Origin: Podarcis tiliguerta
Lineage: Eukaryota
NCBI GenBank assembly: GCA_965153285.1
Contig: OZ229114.1
Strand: one strand, 5' to 3'
DNA: 64,000 nucleotides
Position numbers and translations under genes: made by a program. The first letter of the stretch is position 1. Every line of letters begins with the position of its first letter. This document shows positions 59,101 to 64,000 of this stretch, piece after piece. The notes beneath the pieces are model-generated. The model worked only from the letters and a program-made list of their open reading frames with translations. It was not told the origin of the DNA and ran no database searches.

Positions 59101-62100
59101 ACCTGAGAGCGGTTAACCGGCACACGATCTTCATTAGTGTTGCACTTTAATCCGCATCACCGGACGGTCCGACACGATCCAAATTTAGCAAAAAGGGAAA
59201 AAAACCCCAGAGTTGACAGGCGAAGGAGGTGTCCCCCGATGAATGCGATGGAGCTAACGACTTCGGGGAGGGATGGATCAAACACGTTCTCGGCTCTTTT
59301 GCTGGCTAATGGCAGAAGTGCCAACGAACGATCACTTGACAGGAGAGTTATGTGTTGCCGCCACTAGTTGACAAGAAGCAAGATCGGTTTCCTTGATCAC
59401 GTTTCAGGCCTTCACTTTTGCCGCCAAAGCGACCGACCTGGTTCCAGAAATATTTGGTCTCGGTCATGGGGTTGGGAGGAAGGGGTAAGGTGGTGGTGGG
59501 GGGTTTGTACACACGGGAGAGTCCTGGCAGACGGGAAGCTCCCCCCCCCCCCATCTGCAGACACCTGCGAGCACTCATTTGTGTGCAGCCATCAAATGCA
59601 GCTGAATGGCTGTGAAAGGAAGGAGTGTCCTGGGTTGGGAGAGCTGGGTGTGGAGCGCTTACTAGGCTAAGTCCCTTGGCATATCTAACCTGCTCCCCTC
59701 CCTGCGCTGGCAGACAAGGATGCAGAGCCTGCAACCGGAACCTGCTGCTCGCTACCGGAATGTGCTGGAGGCCCTGTGGCGGATCGTGCGGACTGAAGGG
59801 ATCTGGCGACCCATGCGTGGATTGAACATCACAGCCACAGGGGCAGGCCCTGCTCATGCCTTGTATTTCGCCTGCTACGAAAAGTTGAAAAAGACACTTA
59901 CCGACATTATCCATGCTGGGGGCAATAGTCATGTGGCCAACGGTATTGTCCCTTCTTGACTCCTTGCCCCACCCTGAGGGTCCCTATGTTCCCAGCTAGG
60001 ACTGTTAGTGAAATGAAGAACTGGATGCCTGGTTCTTTCTTACTGCTCTTATATTGCTAACTTCTGAATCCTGTTTACTATTGACATTCTTCCCTGATGC
60101 TGTGTTCTGCTTTACTCCAAACATTATCTAACCATGATCATTAGGAATGTAGGATTTGCCATTGACTTTTGAAAGGAATTTGTGAATAAGAAGGGATTTT
60201 GGGAATATGGGGCAGATAGCTGCAGTTTCCACCAGAGCAGACAGAAACTTTTTTTTATTGTGAAGATAGTTTGAAATATGATAGAAGAATGGGTGTGTTG
60301 CTGTTTGTATTTCATTTTGACTTTATATAGTGCTCTTCCTTTGAAGCAGCTGTCCCAGATGTGTCCATGTTTGTATCTGCTCTTACATTTGTCCTTTTAG
60401 CACCCTCATTTTTGAGTGGGGAGAACCCCAAGCTTGCTGTAACGTGTTGTAGAGTCTGGTCTGCTTACGTTTACTTTTTCACACTAGCATGCTTCTGAGG
60501 CTCCTTCATCTCTGATAGTCTGGACAGATAATAGGAAGACCCAATTAGCTGGAGATCCTAGAATTTTGGAACTAACTCGTCTCACTCTGAAGCTTGTTGG
60601 ATGTGTTAGCAGGACGACGGCAGAATCCTAAATAGCTGCAAGAATCCTAAATAGCTGCAAGACGGTCTTAGCTCTTCTCTGCTCTAGGAATGAAAGATGA
60701 TAGATAATTTACAGTGCAATCCTAACCATGTTTACTCAGAAGTAAGTCCTAATTAATTCAGTGGACTTACTCCCAGGTAAGTGGAGTTAGGATTGCAGTC
60801 TTAGTCTTCTGATTCCCCCCCCCCCCCCAATGTGGGTCAAGATTAATATGATAAATATTGCCTGCACTGGAGCCTTGAATATTTCTGATATTCCCTTTCT
60901 GAAAACTGATGCTAATTTCTCAATGGACTTTCATTCTGTCTTGGGGAGGGGGGTGTCCCTATTTGCTCGCATACACTTCTCCGGTGGCACATTCTGAAAC
61001 CTCCTTAGGTCTTCTTCCCACTTTTCACATGTAATAGTCCTTGTTTTGCAGGCGCAGCAGGCTGTGTGGCAACATTGCTTCATGATGCAGCCATGAACCC
61101 AGCAGAAGGTAATGTTGCTTCCCAGCAGTCCTGCAACTTTCATGCAGCTTGTGCTGCTCCCTTCTTGTCACCAGGGGGTGCTTTCATGTTGCTTGTGATA
61201 CAGTTCAGACATGCAGCCTTACCTGCTACAAGGGTTCTTTGGATGCAGCGGGTGGGTGGTGGACAAGACTTTGGCTGAAGCAAAGAATGTATTTGTGTGT
61301 CTGCCCTTGCTCTTGGTGTTGATAAATGACATAAAAACAATATTGCAACTTGTTTTTCATATTTGTGTTCCCTACATTGCGTAGGCAAAATCAGATCACA
61401 TTTCAGTAACCCCCGTTTTTTACTTGGTGTCTCACAATTCCAGAATTGGGGCATTACTGTTTTTTCATGAGTTGTAGAGTTCTGCAGGATTTGCTGGGTG
61501 GGTAGATAGATCACACTGAGGCAAGTTTAAGGGATGCAGGGGCCCCTGAATCTATTCAAGTGTTTACATAGAATGCACACTGTTCAGATCACTGCACTTA
61601 CTTATTTATTTTTTCTTTGCTCCTCCCTACCCTTCTCTCGTCTCCATGGCTGGGCTGCTGCTGTCATCTTGTGATCAGTGGTAAAGCAGAGAATGCAGAT
61701 GTACAACTCTCCATACCAGCGAGCAACAGACTGTGTACGTGCTGTATGGTGCAATGAAGGGGCAGGAGCTTTCTACCGAAGCTACACCACTCAGCTGACT
61801 ATGAACATCCCCTTCCAGGCCATCCACTTCATGGCATATGAATCTTTGCAGGAACACCTCAATCCTCACAGACAGTACAACCCTAGTTCCCATATGGTGG
61901 CAGGGGCCTGTGCAGGAGCCATTGCTGCTGCTGCCACCACCCCATTGGACGTTTGCAAGACACTGCTGAATACCCAGGAGGCCCTGGCACTGAATACCAA
62001 CATCAGTGGGCACATTACAGGCATGGCTCATGCATTCAGGACGGTGTACCGCGTGGGTGGGCTGACTGCCTATTTTCGAGGGGTACAAGCACGTGTCATT

Positions 62101-62196
62101 TACCAGATGCCCTCCACAGCCATTGCCTGGTCTGTGTATGAGTTCTTCAAATACTTCCTTACCAAGCGAAAGGAGGAGCGATTGGCCGGGAAGTGA
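58711..62196 (+). CDS. SLC25A28: Mitoferrin-2 (mitochondrial iron carrier), 4 exons, 362 aa
   Basis: Exons 58711-58995, 59714-59942, 61052-61108, 61679-62196 (1089 nt, ends TGA). Start is GCCATGG. Gly-rich N-terminus, PDYEALP, and three carrier signatures [24 protein letters not shown]. Adjacent to ENTPD7. Confidence 0.96.
60710..60801. repeat. About 90-bp palindromic interspersed repeat (hairpin MITE-like)
   Basis: TGCAATCCTAAC...GTAAGTCC...GGACTTAC...GTTAGGATTGCA. Related copies near 10535-10625, 12620-12720, 43825-43912 and 47750-47830. Confidence 0.6.
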
Positions 62197-62610
62197 AATG
62201 TGACTCCACCCGCTGGATTGGCTGGTGCCAGACTCAGATGACAAGCAAGCCTTTGGAATAACGATGCCGCCTCTTGCCTGCTGCTGCATTTTGCACAGCC
62301 CATCATCCTTCTCCCAAATGGATAGTACACAATGAGCAGCAGCTTGGCCTGCCCTTTTCTAGCCTGTCACCTAACAAGCATCTCCCTTGCCCAAAAAGTT
62401 GTATTCCCTTAAAAGAGGTGGAGACTACCATGAGCTACCGTGAGCACATTGGAACTTGGGGTGATGACCTGCATACCCTGCATGGGTTGCTGTTACAACT
62501 ACGTGGTGATGGAGGCAGGGGAAGTGTTAGCTGAGCTGTTGTCTAGTAGCACACACACAAACCTCATGCTCTCTGGGAAGGCTTTGATTGTTGTGGCCCT
62601 TGGCACCTCC

Positions 62611-62616
62611 AATAAA
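62611..62616 (+). terminator. SLC25A28 polyadenylation signal
   Basis: AATAAA about 415 nt after the stop, followed by a T-rich downstream element. Confidence 0.6.
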
Positions 62617-64000
62617 GTCTGCTTTATCGTCACAGCCCTTGTTTGCTCTTATTCTCCTTACCTCTTGTTCTCTTTTTAACAGCTCTATAGGGCTTTGTTA
62701 CAGGTAAGTTGGACCAACCTATAGCAGGGTGGTCTAAATTGTTTCCTCTTGTGGTAGGTGGGAGAGTAGAAGTGAGATTAGTATCATATAATGCCACATC
62801 TTGTATGACCAATATTGATCCATGAAGAACCAGCTTTCTATTGTCATTAAACAGTATTTGGAGAGCATTTATGTTCCTACAGGATACCAGCACCAGGCAA
62901 CTGACAGCTTTAGGTGATTCTTGTTCCTCCCATACATATTTCAGCGGTATTCTTACCTACTAACATAGCTCAAACACACATTCTTATAGTAGCAGGGGGA
63001 AAGATGCAGTGTCTGCCTCAGTCAGGTGTTCTTTCAACTGGCTTGCAGTGTCCTCCAGTAATATATATACTGTGGTGGAAAATACACAGGTGCATGTGTG
63101 CACATATGTAAAAAAAAAATAGTTCTTGTTCCTATTATCCTCTATCACAACAGAGTAGCAATATGAAAGAGCAGAGCCAGGCTGTAGTTTGAGAACAGGC
63201 AGACAGGTGATATTGGGGAACACCATTTATCCATCTGCAGTTATAAAGCATTCTCTGCTTGCCTTGTCCTATGATGCTGGCCCCTCCATGTTGCAGGAAC
63301 TCCAAAAGTACGCACTTAGGTTCCAGGTAACTTTTAACTTGGAATGGCCAACAAAAATGACTGTGTTAATGGGCTTCATCTTACTTCTTAGGGGGGAAGT
63401 GTGACAATCTTTCCTCCTACTCTTGATCCCAAGATTTGGAATGTGCCATTTAGGAAGAGGAAGAATACACAAATGAGGTGAATATAAACCTCTGACTGAG
63501 CCAGTGTCTTACTGAGCAGCCTGTCTGCTTCCTAAGTGTGCCCTTTGCCTTTTGCAGCAAGGAAAGTGAAACCTCAAAACAATACATCTGTCTTCAGTGG
63601 CTTATGATGGATATAGCCAAATTTTAGATTTCCTAATGCATACTTTCTGTTGCATTAGGATTATGTGAGGGATGGAGAGAGAACTGATGTTTTAGAGCTT
63701 TGAAGTTCAACCAAAAGGGCAAATAGATCTTATGTTCAAAATGACTGTTAATACATGGGTTTGCTAGCTGTGCTTCTTGCTGACTTGATCTGTCTTGGAA
63801 GGGTAGACTTTGACAGGGAATTCTTGTCTTCCTGGGAAAGAAAAGTTGACAAGGTGGCTCACCTGTTGCGGCAATGCAGAGGAGAGCCTGGTGCTCCCTG
63901 ACTGGCATTTCCCCTCAATCTTTGTGGTGGTGTAAACATTAATTTTGAGAAAGTTTTCTCTGTGGCCCAGTTCACATGTAATTCAAACCATGAATAAACA

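Noticed and set aside
61675-62289. 204-aa minus-strand ORF
   Set aside because: Antisense shadow of SLC25A28 exon 4, with no recognisable motifs or independent gene structure.
62197-63610. Iron-responsive element in or beyond the mitoferrin-2 3'UTR (I also checked the ATP6V0E2 and ENTPD7 UTRs)
   Set aside because: The CAGTGN loops I inspected lack the 5-bp upper stem and C bulge.

Overview
This is vertebrate genomic DNA from a squamate reptile, probably a lacertid lizard, judged from a full-length Sauria SINE and the other repeats. It is a compact six-gene block: ABCC2/MRP2 (minus strand, exons 1-24, running off the left edge), CUTC (minus), COX15 (plus), an 81-aa V-ATPase e subunit gene of the ATP6V0E2 type (plus), ENTPD7 (minus) and SLC25A28/mitoferrin-2 (plus). 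I placed all coding exons by hand at GT-AG boundaries, and reading phase is consistent across each join. CUTC/COX15 and ENTPD7/SLC25A28 each share a short CpG-island bidirectional promoter. The strongest observation is ATP6V0E2 between COX15 and ENTPD7: it is absent from the ORF track and, as I recall, from the orthologous human 10q24 block. Other leads are a helically phased CCAAT array, an ENTPD7 uORF, a possible alternative signal-peptide first exon of ENTPD7, HNF1/HNF4 sites upstream of ABCC2, and an inverted MITE pair bracketing ABCC2 exons 2-8. I see no evidence of a wholly new system such as a novel protein family, CRISPR array or RNA gene. Comparisons with human are from memory and need database confirmation.
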